Positions 1 through 8,645 of a DNA stretch of 64,000 nucleotides are shown one piece after another. Source of the stretch: Oscillatoria sp. SIO1A7 (GTDB taxonomy: Bacteria; Cyanobacteriota; Cyanobacteriia; Cyanobacteriales; Laspinemataceae). Below the pieces are notes generated by a model. That model was not told where the DNA came from and ran no database searches. It was given only the letters and a program-made list of their open reading frames with translations. The translations under genes were made by a program, and so were the position numbers. Numbering within the stretch: position 1 is the first letter of the stretch; each line of letters begins with the position of its first letter. Location: positions 1 through 64,000 of the forward strand of contig JAAHFN010000034.1 of NCBI GenBank assembly GCA_010672965.1. The letters are read 5' to 3'.

Positions 1-2
1 AT

Positions 3-233
3 TGGGGAATTGAAAATGAATTACATTGGACTCTAGATGTAACTTTCAAAGAAGATGCAAGTCGCATCCGTAAAGATAGATCTCCAGAAAATTTTGCTTT
101 ATTGCGTCGGATAGCATTAAACTTACTTAATAGAGAAAATAGTTATAAAGCTAGCAAAAAAATGAAACGTTATAGAGCAGCAATGGATAACGATTATTTG
201 CTCTCCATTTTAGCTGCTGGTTGTGTTTCCTGA
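3..233 (+). mobile_element. ISAs1-family transposase, C-terminal fragment (5' end cut by window edge)
   Basis: Frame 3 translates to WGIENELHWTLDVTFKEDASRIRKDRSPENFALLRRIALNLLNRE..., matching the conserved C-terminus of ISAs1/H-repeat transposases (HW.IEN.LHW.LDV.F.ED.S.IRK..PEN.A.LR..ALNLL); TGA at 231-233. Confidence 0.6.
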
Positions 234-301
234 CAAAAGCGCTCTTGAAATAAGCTTGCATTAATTGATAAAATTTCATCCTATAATGCTATAATTACGC
301 G

Positions 302-335
302 ATCGTTAGTTTGACTAATTAGTCAAACTAACGAT
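302..335. repeat. Perfect 34-bp palindrome ATCGTTAGTTTGACTAATTAGTCAAACTAACGAT between two IS remnants
   Basis: Read directly from the sequence; lies 70 bp after the ISAs1 stop. Confidence 0.8.
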
Positions 336-436
336 TATTAACAGGTTGAACAAGCCTGTATGCGGTTTTTATTAAGAAACACCCCTAAACACATGATAAT
401 TTTAATTTTAAAACAAGGCACTTTCTTTGTACAAAG

Positions 437-721
437 TCAAACTTATTTAGATGCGTTTGCCCTGAGACAGATGACTGTTATTCAGGAGCATTTAAAATAG
501 CAGATTGGATCGAGAAAGCTCTAGCTCATTATCCAGATTTTATCGGAACATTAAAGCGTTGGTTTGCAGAGATAGTTGGTTACTTTGAAAACAGAACTAC
601 TAATGGAGTGGTGGAAGGAATAAACAACAAGCTAAAAGTAATAAAAAGAGCAGGTTATGGCTTTAGAAATTATGAAAACTTTAAAATACGTTGTTTGCTA
701 AACTGGCACTTTAGCTATTGA
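437..721 (+). mobile_element. ISL3-family transposase, C-terminal fragment
   Basis: Translation ...FKIADWIEKALAHYPDFIGTLKRWFAEIVGYFENRTTNGVVEGINNKLKVIKRAGYGFRNYENFKIRCLLNWHFSY* matches the ISL3 transposase C-terminus (TNG..EG.NNKIK.IKR.AYGFRN..NF); no N-terminal part is present. Confidence 0.65.
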
Positions 722-724
722 TAA

Positions 725-1174
725 GTGCATAGAACGACCGGAAGAGCCACTCAAATGCTGCCAAAGGCTCAGTTTGTCGTTTTGGAAGCTCCTAACCGCG
801 TCCGATTGGAACGCTTTTTAATTCGTAACGATTCGTTCGATCGCATTGGGCAATCTAGCTCGGCAGATAACAAGAATGAAAATAAAATTAGTAGTTTTGC
901 ACAATTAGGTGTGCCAGAAGCTGTCAATTTATTTTCACCAGAAGAAAGAACAGAGATTTTAACTCAACTTAATCAAGGCCACTACTCTCTCAGTGACTTT
1001 CGCGATCGCTTAAAAATTATCTTAGAGGAACAAAAAAACTACGATCCGTTGGCAGCACGATCTGTATTAGAAGCCCTTCCTTCCACCAAAACCCTATTTA
1101 TTGATACAACTCTTGACACTCCTGAATCTATCTCACAGAAAGTTATGTCTTTCTTGTCCCCAATTAGATTATAA
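725..1174 (+). CDS. hypothetical protein (GTG start as drawn; an ATG at 755 is an alternative)
   Basis: 149-aa ORF with no recognisable motif; it begins 4 bp after the IS fragment. Confidence 0.35.
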   Translation: MHRTTGRATQMLPKAQFVVLEAPNRVRLERFLIRNDSFDRIGQSSSADNKNENKISSFAQLGVPEAVNLFSPEERTEILTQLNQGHYSLSDFRDRLKIILEEQKNYDPLAARSVLEALPSTKTLFIDTTLDTPESISQKVMSFLSPIRL

Positions 1175-1213
1175 CTCTATTGAATTAAAAACAAAAATAA
1201 TCAGATTATTATC

Positions 1214-2065
1214 ATGCATAAACTTATTTACTTCTTGTTGTTGTTAACTGTGTTAGTCACACTCCCGACTAGGGCTTTTGCTGACAGCTTAACAGCAATT
1301 ATTGATGAGAGCGCCCAGGTAGAACGGATTGCCACAGGCTTTCAGTTTACAGAGGGGCCTGTTTGGAACGATGCGGGATTCTTACTGTTTAGCGATATTC
1401 CCGCCAACACTATCTATAAATTGTGGACTGCCAAGGGAAAACTAGAGGTAGAGGTATTTCGTAACCCTTCTGACAATGCCAATGGCAATATCCTGAATAT
1501 GAAGGGTAACTTGCTCAGTGCTGAGTATGCTAGCCGCCGTATATCGCTTACTCATAAAGACAATTCTATAGTTACACTTACCGATCGCTATCAGGGAAAA
1601 CATCTCAACAGCCCCAATGACTTGGTAGTTAAGTCAGATGGAAGTATCTATTTTACTGACCCTTGCTACAGTCTTAAATTTCTAGAACACTACAACCTCC
1701 AAAAACATTCTCCAGAACTGGACGTCTATGGTGTTTACCGACTAGCACCGAATGGTCAATTGACTCTGCTAGCTAAGGACTTTGTACATCCGAATGGTAT
1801 TTCCTTGTCACCAGATGAGAAAAAATTGTACATTAGTGATTTCAAAAAACGTCACATTCGCGTTTTTGATGTGAAGCCAGACGGTACTCTAACTAATGGG
1901 CATATTTTTGCCCAACTTAAAACATCCAGTAAAGTAGGTGCTCCAGACGGAATGAAAGTAGATGTGCGAGGCAATGTTTACTGTACAATGCCTGGAGGTA
2001 TATCGATTTTTTCACCGTTAGGCAATTTTTTGGGCACCATTAAAGTACCATTCCTAGCAACTTAG
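1214..2065 (+). CDS. SMP-30/gluconolactonase/LRE-family lactonase, secreted; the conserved C-terminal tail continues in another frame to 2154, so there is a frameshift near 2045-2062
   Basis: Signal peptide MHKLIYFLLLLTVLVTLPTRAFA; SGL-family motifs (FTEGPVWN, NSPNDLVV, IYFTD, HPNGISLSPD, APDGMKVD); frame +2 from 2044 encodes STIPSNLAWGDSDYKTLYITAKSSIYRIHLKIQG*, the canonical family C-terminus. Confidence 0.75.
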   Translation: MHKLIYFLLLLTVLVTLPTRAFADSLTAIIDESAQVERIATGFQFTEGPVWNDAGFLLFSDIPANTIYKLWTAKGKLEVEVFRNPSDNANGNILNMKGNLLSAEYASRRISLTHKDNSIVTLTDRYQGKHLNSPNDLVVKSDGSIYFTDPCYSLKFLEHYNLQKHSPELDVYGVYRLAPNGQLTLLAKDFVHPNGISLSPDEKKLYISDFKKRHIRVFDVKPDGTLTNGHIFAQLKTSSKVGAPDGMKVDVRGNVYCTMPGGISIFSPLGNFLGTIKVPFLAT

Positions 2066-2252
2066 CATGGGGCGATAGTGACTACAAGACTCTTTACATT
2101 ACTGCAAAATCTAGCATTTACCGTATTCATCTCAAAATCCAAGGGCTAGGTTGAAATGTGCAATTGCTAGCAGCTGCCAGCAATATTAAGCCGCCAGCAA
2201 TGCCCATTATCAATTTCTTAATTAACTGCCTCAATTCACTCTTGAAAGACTC

Positions 2253-3686
2253 TTAGTACGCGCCCTTTTTACCTAGAACAGCTCTGATTGTCATAAATAA
2301 AATCTGGAAATCCAGACCCACCGACCAGTTTTGAATATAGGTCATGTCCAGGCGGAAAACATCGTCAAAATCTACCACTTCGGAACGACCGGAAACCTGC
2401 CAGAGACCTGTAATACCGGGCAAAACTTCTTGGCGGATGAAGTGATGCTCGGAAAACCTCTCCACGTCTCGGAGGGGAAAGGGACGCGGACCGACTAAAC
2501 TCATTTCGCCCCGAAAAACGTTAAAAATTTGAGGCAGTTCGTCCAAACTATAACGGCGCATAAACTTGCCTATGCGAGTAATGCGGGGGTCGTCTTTCAT
2601 TTTAAACATCACGCCCCCTTTCATTTCATTGTGGGCTTCTAGTTGTTTTTGTAAGGCTTCGGCATTTTGCACCATTGTGCGGAACTTCCAGACTTTGAAG
2701 CGATCGCCCTTAATACCAACGCGGGTCTGCTTGTAAAATACAGCGCCAGGTGAGTCTATTTTGATTAAAATTCCTAGCAGTATGAAAACCGGGCTTGCTA
2801 ATATCAAAACTATGCTGGCGATCGCCAAATCTATTAACCTCTTGAGCCAATAATCCCCTCCTATTATCGGCGGAGAACGGAAACGCATCGTCGGTATGCC
2901 GTTCACCATTTTAATTTCGGATGCCTGAATGGGTAATTGTATCCCTACAGGTAAAAGTCTCAAATGAATCCCAGCGGTCTTCAATTCCCAGTAAAGGAAA
3001 AGCTGCCCTTCTACTGACAGTTGCGAGCAAAGAAACACTTCATCTACCTGTTTTTCTCGCAATCTAGCGATCGTATCCGACCAATCTTTATCTCTACTGT
3101 CTCTCAAAGATAGATCTTCTTGGTGCCGAATTTCAAATTGTTTAGTCTTAGCTAGGATGCTTTCTGATTTTTTGATATCGTTGGCTTGACCCAGGAGACA
3201 AACTGATTGACGTATTTTTCCCAGATTCCGAAGTTGCAAGATAGCTAGATGCAGGATCGATCGCTCTGCAAAAACAAAACTTAAAGTGAACAACCAGGAT
3301 AACAAGAAGGTTGACCGGGATATTACCGCTTCTGGCTCGTAAAGATAACCGATAACTAATAAAACGCTCTGAGACAGGGTGAGGGATTTGAGCAGGTTAA
3401 AGTACCCCCTCCGCCGATCGTCAGTTCCATAAATTCCTGATGCCGCACCAATACCAATTGTAGTGACCAAAATCGTCAGCAGAAATTCAAACCAATCTTG
3501 ACAACCCAATAGGAGAAAACAAACTTCCGTGTCTTTTCCCAATTTATCGGCCAAACCCCATGCAAGAACCAGAACCAAGCTATCGAGGAGCGCCAAAATA
3601 GCTACCCGCAGCCACCCCACTCCAGTTCCGCGACCAAGAAGCTGACCGAAAATTGGAGCCCTTATATCCAGCTTATCTTTGTCCAT
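2253..3686 (-). CDS. Exopolysaccharide polyprenyl glycosylphosphotransferase (WbaP-type bacterial sugar transferase)
   Basis: N-terminal TM helices and a C-terminal sugar-transferase domain (KRLIDLAIASIVLILASP, GPRP, ELPQIFNVFRGEMSLVGPRP). Confidence 0.85.
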   Translation of the reverse strand: MDKDKLDIRAPIFGQLLGRGTGVGWLRVAILALLDSLVLVLAWGLADKLGKDTEVCFLLLGCQDWFEFLLTILVTTIGIGAASGIYGTDDRRRGYFNLLKSLTLSQSVLLVIGYLYEPEAVISRSTFLLSWLFTLSFVFAERSILHLAILQLRNLGKIRQSVCLLGQANDIKKSESILAKTKQFEIRHQEDLSLRDSRDKDWSDTIARLREKQVDEVFLCSQLSVEGQLFLYWELKTAGIHLRLLPVGIQLPIQASEIKMVNGIPTMRFRSPPIIGGDYWLKRLIDLAIASIVLILASPVFILLGILIKIDSPGAVFYKQTRVGIKGDRFKVWKFRTMVQNAEALQKQLEAHNEMKGGVMFKMKDDPRITRIGKFMRRYSLDELPQIFNVFRGEMSLVGPRPFPLRDVERFSEHHFIRQEVLPGITGLWQVSGRSEVVDFDDVFRLDMTYIQNWSVGLDFQILFMTIRAVLGKKGAY

Positions 3687-4613
3687 TTCTTTTTGGTACG
3701 CACCGAGCGAAGTAGTTCAACTCTTGATGCTGCTATTTTTAATAGATATGCTCTTTAACACATGGGCTCCCTTGGATTTAAGTATAAAAACTTATAGCAA
3801 TAGTCCGACAGTTTTTAGGCTAACGGATGAAACCCGCATTCTACCCTTGGCGACTGGGGGAATATTAGAGTCCGAAACCCTTATTCTACCGTTGCCATTT
3901 AAAAAATGTCCTATTGTTATAGAGGATACCAAATAATTACGGTAGAGCCTCGCAATTCTTTAGTTTTCTCGTTTGTTTGGGCTGCGCCAACAAAGATCCA
4001 AGAGAGCCAACAATGCACCCCTATTAACTATATTGATTTTTAACAGGTAGCTCTGCCTTAATTATTTATTTGAAAATTGAGTTAGGCTAGAACTTGCCCG
4101 CCGCTACAATAGTCGCGGTAACTATAGCACAGCTATAGGACGATAGATTACTTTTAAGAACAAGCGATTGATGCGGTTTATATCCCCCGTTTGGTATGGG
4201 CTCCATTATAGAGTTAATATCTTTCGAGGAGGATACCCACGTTAGTTTATCTCTAGATGGGAAACTCGCATCCCCAAGATGTCATCTATTGCTAACAATA
4301 GCGCTAATTGAATCCACAGGCAGCCAGCAAAACCCTGTTTTCACTTCGCAGTCACCAAACAATGGACTCTCCCAGTTTTTAATGGAAAACCCAATGATAG
4401 TATATCAAGCTTAAACCTTGTTTTGTACTTCGGCTTGTTTTGGTATCTTGATGTACCATCACCCCTGTCATTTCTACTTGTGAAAATTGTACCATCACCC
4501 CTGTCATTTATTCACAAAAATTACTTAACTGTAACAAGCTTGTAACTAAGCTGCAAAAATGAAGGAGATTGACAATGAGTTTTGGTGATGCGATCGCTAC
4601 GTTCAATGGAAAT

Positions 4614-5222
4614 TTAGCAAATTGGTTGGCGTCCGGGCTTAACTGCGTGAATATACTCGCTACCATTGTCCGGCCATCCCTGACGGTAAGAAGCCGAGGC
4701 AGGCTGACCCCAGCCAAGTTGGAGGACAATTTCCAGAAAATCAGTATTTTTTTCCCATTTATATAGATTAGCCCATTCTGTTCCTGTAGCGATCGCCTCT
4801 ACATCCGTTGGGCTAATTTGCCGATACTCTTTACCCGCATTTGTGGCCAGGTACAAGTCCATTTCTGCTGTTGTTGCCTGCCAAAATTCCAGAACTTTTC
4901 CCTTAGCAAGTCCTAGCAATTCTAGATCGCTCGGTAAAGCAGCAAGCTGATAATGCACTGTGGGAAAACGAATAGCTTGACTGCCCACCAAAATGCTACG
5001 CCACACAATACCAGATACTTGATGTTCGTGTTGGTAGCGATGAACGGTCTCTTTAAAATCTTGATACGCCGTGAATTTTTGGATTCCTTCCGGCTTAAAA
5101 AACTTGTCAACGATTGGGTTAACCTCATAAACCCTAGCTTTCAAGTTTAGGCGCTCACCCTTTAGACAGGCTTTGCGCTCCTCCTCTATTATTTTAATTA
5201 GCTCCTCTGTGGTATAGGACAT
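4614..5222 (-). CDS. hypothetical protein
   Basis: 202-aa ORF with coding-like composition and no motif I recognise. Confidence 0.45.
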   Translation of the reverse strand: MSYTTEELIKIIEEERKACLKGERLNLKARVYEVNPIVDKFFKPEGIQKFTAYQDFKETVHRYQHEHQVSGIVWRSILVGSQAIRFPTVHYQLAALPSDLELLGLAKGKVLEFWQATTAEMDLYLATNAGKEYRQISPTDVEAIATGTEWANLYKWEKNTDFLEIVLQLGWGQPASASYRQGWPDNGSEYIHAVKPGRQPIC

Positions 5223-5348
5223 ACAATTAATTGAATCTCTATCGCTTTTTTTATCCCATGATTCCTTGTCTCTATTTTAAATCGTAAAGTTCTTGTTGTT
5301 TTTATTTATATCACATAGTTAAATTAGTGTTAATTAAATTTTTTCTTG

Positions 5349-5502
5349 TATAGCGTTTCTCAAATAAGTGTAATGAACAATCGCCTTGGAGGGCTTAGGG
5401 GCGACAGCATCCCCAAGACAATCTCGGCGACCCGAACGACAACCCCCGTAGTGGGATGCGCGGGCCCCAGATAACCTCACATTAATTTTAGAAATGCTAT
5501 AT
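5349..5502. mobile_element. MITE family A copy, orientation 1 (TATAGCGTTTCTCAAAT inverted repeats around a GGGGCGACAGCATCCCC...GGGATGCG hairpin core)
   Basis: Shares its termini and core with the copies at 14996-15148, 23371-23507 and 42151-42303. Confidence 0.6.
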
Positions 5503-5771
5503 TTCTCCTCCTACATTACAAGTTCTAGATCGGAGGCGCATTTTACACCCTACATTCATCTATATATAACTGTTGTTTTTTTAAAAAATTAAAATGAAAA
5601 ACAGTCATATTATATTTATAGTCCTAATCCTTGCTGCTTTTCATAAAAAAACATGGCAAATATTGCTATAGATACGATTTATGCCATAGCCAGGAGGATA
5701 TTTTTATAGCGTTTCCTTCCTGGCCGATCTCGGGTTTAGCCAAGTCCTAATCCCTAAACATACTCGCCCTT

Positions 5772-6446
5772 TTACGAGTCTGTAACCAACTCGGTATTCA
5801 GTTCGTTAATGGGTTTTCTCTTCAGCTCTAGGGATTGAGATCTTGGTAGCAGGTCGTACACTTCTCGGAAGGCATCATCTACCTCCTCAAACGGAACCTG
5901 TCCTTTGCCATTGAAGGCTACTTTGCCCGACTGGTCTATCAAAACAGTTTGAGGAACTACATTTTGGTAGTAATAACCAGGCTCGGATGGCTCGTATGTA
6001 GTTTTAACTGGAATAGCATCTACGTTAATAGGAATAAAATCCGCTGCGCGGCCGTAGTATGCCTGTAACTGAGATACCACAGTTGCATATTGCTTACAAT
6101 CGCTGCTGTCATCGAGATAAAATACCAACAATGCTGCTTTATCCTCTCTTTTGAGAGCTTTTTCTAGGTTTACTTTGGGAGGCACCAGAGAGCCATTCCC
6201 TCCATAGAGGGCATAAATATTGCCATCAAAACGATCGTCGTTAAGACTGGCTAGGGCTGGTGGCATGGCCAGAAAGCAAAAACAGATTGCTGTCAGAAGC
6301 GCGCTTTTGAAGCAACGGAGCCAAGATTTGGGTAGATTTGACGCTACGAAATTTTTAATCGAGGGACAGCCAGCGATCGCACTACGCGATTCTCCTGCCC
6401 AGACGCTCTTGTAAAGCCAGTTAAAACACCATTTCAAAAAAGCCAT
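5772..6446 (-). CDS. Thioredoxin-fold protein (TlpA/thiol-disulfide oxidoreductase-like), membrane-anchored; start uncertain (ORF extends to 6503)
   Basis: Hydrophobic N-terminal segment and ...ALLVFYLDDSSDCKQY... thioredoxin-like core; a weak call. Confidence 0.45.
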   Translation of the reverse strand: MAFLKWCFNWLYKSVWAGESRSAIAGCPSIKNFVASNLPKSWLRCFKSALLTAICFCFLAMPPALASLNDDRFDGNIYALYGGNGSLVPPKVNLEKALKREDKAALLVFYLDDSSDCKQYATVVSQLQAYYGRAADFIPINVDAIPVKTTYEPSEPGYYYQNVVPQTVLIDQSGKVAFNGKGQVPFEEVDDAFREVYDLLPRSQSLELKRKPINELNTELVTDS

Positions 6447-6468
6447 AGAGCGATCTTTGGGAATTACG

Positions 6469-6954
6469 TTAGTTTTTTTGTAGCTTATCGAACAGTTTTT
6501 CATCTATATCGTAGCCAAGCAGTTGAACCATTGATGTGAGTTGGGATTTACTGGGGAGTCCCCGTTCCTGAAGCCAAAGAGCTATCGCGAATATCTTTCC
6601 CATCACAAAAATTTCCAAAGCCTCTGGGTTATACAGAATACCCTGAGTGCGATTAAACTCGTGGGGCACCAGCATCGCGACATAGCGAGCTAGTTCTCCT
6701 GCTTTCCAATCCAGCAATACCGGCAACCAAGGATAGCGAGCATCCAGACGAATAAACCAGAGACGAATTTCTGGTATTTCCGATAATTCGCGAGGATCTG
6801 ACGGTTCCAGGGGGTAGTTAATGGAAAAGCGCAGTCCCTCAGAGGTCTTAACTGAATTTGGGTCCTCTAAAAACTTTTCAATAGCACTTTCAGCGGGAGA
6901 CAGGTCCAAATTAACTACTATCTCAGAGTTTATGACTATTGTTGCCATTGGCAC
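6469..6954 (-). CDS. conserved hypothetical protein
   Basis: 161-aa ORF (IRLWFIRLDARYPWLPVLLDWKAGELARYVAML) with good coding potential; no known motif. Confidence 0.45.
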   Translation of the reverse strand: MPMATIVINSEIVVNLDLSPAESAIEKFLEDPNSVKTSEGLRFSINYPLEPSDPRELSEIPEIRLWFIRLDARYPWLPVLLDWKAGELARYVAMLVPHEFNRTQGILYNPEALEIFVMGKIFAIALWLQERGLPSKSQLTSMVQLLGYDIDEKLFDKLQKN

Positions 6955-7006
6955 GCTTTAGATATGGGTAATTTCCAGAAATTTTAGTAAGGGAGTATTT
7001 CTGTCA

Positions 7007-7093
7007 GGACTTACGCAGAAGGCAAGTTATAGTAGGGTGCGCCTTTTAGCACTCTTCGCCTAAACTGTCGATCCTATAATTTGCGTAAGTGCT
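7007..7093. mobile_element. MITE family B copy (AGGACTTACGCA ... TGCGTAAGTgCT inverted repeats)
   Basis: Terminal inverted repeats shared with the 13865-14127, 43243-43416, 46398-46514, 47164-47251 and 53884-53970 copies. Confidence 0.5.
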
Positions 7094-7420
7094 GTCTGTA
7101 TTGTACCTGAAGGCGCGATCGCTCTTCGTGCGAGCTTACTTGGGCGCTTTTCCCACAAGGGAGCCAAAAAGCCCAATGGTTGGGGCTTTCGCTTAGGGGG
7201 GAAATCCTCAAAAATCAACATCCTAGCCCGAGAGAGCGCTTCTGTAAGGAAATGATAATGCCAATGTTTGGGCAGAATCTAAACCAAGAAATGCAAGGGA
7301 CCAAAGAATAGGTAACCTAAGATAGAATCTATCGTTACAGTTAAGAGCTAGTAGGTGTCCCATCCAATGGTTTTCATCAACTAACCTATAAAAAACACTT
7401 GCATTCCGGAGGCTGCCGCC

Positions 7421-7867
7421 GTGAAACCAATTAGATCGTTAGAAGATGCTTTGAATCAATGCCGAGTTCTGGGGATGCGCCTCTCGCGTCAGCGCCGTTT
7501 TATTCTGGAGCTGCTCTGGCAAGTACAAGAACATCTATCGGCAAGAGAAATCTACGATCGCTTAAATCAAGCGGGCAAGGCCATTGGTCATACCTCAGTC
7601 TATCAAAACCTAGAGGCCCTATATAGCCAGGGTATCATTGAATGTATAGAACGCTCTGACGGTCGCTTATATGGGAATATTAGCGATTCTCACAGTCATG
7701 TAAATTGTTTGGACACCGGGCAACTATTAGACGTTTATATCCAGTTACCTAGGGACCTTATCGAAGAAGTGGAACGGCAAACCGGAGTGCAAATCGCCGA
7801 CTATAGGATTGAGTTTTATGGAAAGACAAAAAATAATGAGGAATCCGAGCAAAATGTTTCTACTTGA
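7421..7867 (+). CDS. Fur-family transcriptional regulator (Fur/Zur/PerR type)
   Basis: Winged-helix N-terminus with HTSVYQNLEAL; metal-binding HSH..C motif (SDSHSHVNCLDTG); GTG start. Confidence 0.85.
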   Translation: MKPIRSLEDALNQCRVLGMRLSRQRRFILELLWQVQEHLSAREIYDRLNQAGKAIGHTSVYQNLEALYSQGIIECIERSDGRLYGNISDSHSHVNCLDTGQLLDVYIQLPRDLIEEVERQTGVQIADYRIEFYGKTKNNEESEQNVST

Positions 7868-8280
7868 TTCTTAGGTTGCTAGCAAAAAATAAGTGCGAAG
7901 CTGGTAAATCAAATGGAAAGGCTTGGGACTCAAAGCGTAAGACTAAAGATGTGCAGCTTAATTCACAGAGAAACTTGTTTATTAACTTAGAGCTTAATTA
8001 AGAAAATAAATTCATAATAATAAAAACTTAAGAAAGGGATGTTTTGTTAGTCCACAATGGTGAGTTTGGGGGCTACCGCAGAAATTACCAGCCAGTGCAT
8101 TTCCAACTCTCTTTCCAGCGAAATCATCTGGAACTGTCGGGATGCCGTCGGGATGCCTTGGTTATCCCGAGATACGATCGCTACTGTGTTTATTGCACCC
8201 CACCTCTATACTGGGTAAAAGCTTTGAGGTGGTAGGGAATGGCCGCAAAATTGACAAGGGAAGGGGTTGTTGGGTTAAGC

Positions 8281-8341
8281 TCTACGGACAGAGCGTAAAG
8301 AGCGATCGCTTGGTGTGGGGTGTAGGGTGTAGGGTGTAGGG
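8281..8341. repeat. STRR-type heptanucleotide tandem repeat (GGTGTAG/GGGTGTA)
   Basis: gtgtggggtgtagggtgtagggtgtagggtgtaggg. Confidence 0.85.
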
Positions 8342-8645
8342 TGTAGGGAAACGTCTAGCTCTTTTTGTACTTTCCTCTTTACGCCCATGAAAACCAGACG
8401 CTTACCGGGTTGTACGGGTTCGCCGTGACGATTTTCGTTTGTCACCTTTGAGAGTGAAAAAGCCCGATCGCAAACACCTAAGCGCGACCCCCGTGATTTT
8501 TGACAATGAATGGGCACTTGGCCCTAAAGTAAATCGTCCTCAAACCCGACAAGTGGTGAAGTGACTGGCAATTTGATTGGCTCGACGCGAATAAGTATAT
8601 AAGGACAAACCCGGTACTCGGACCTAGAGGCACGGCTCTGTTGGA

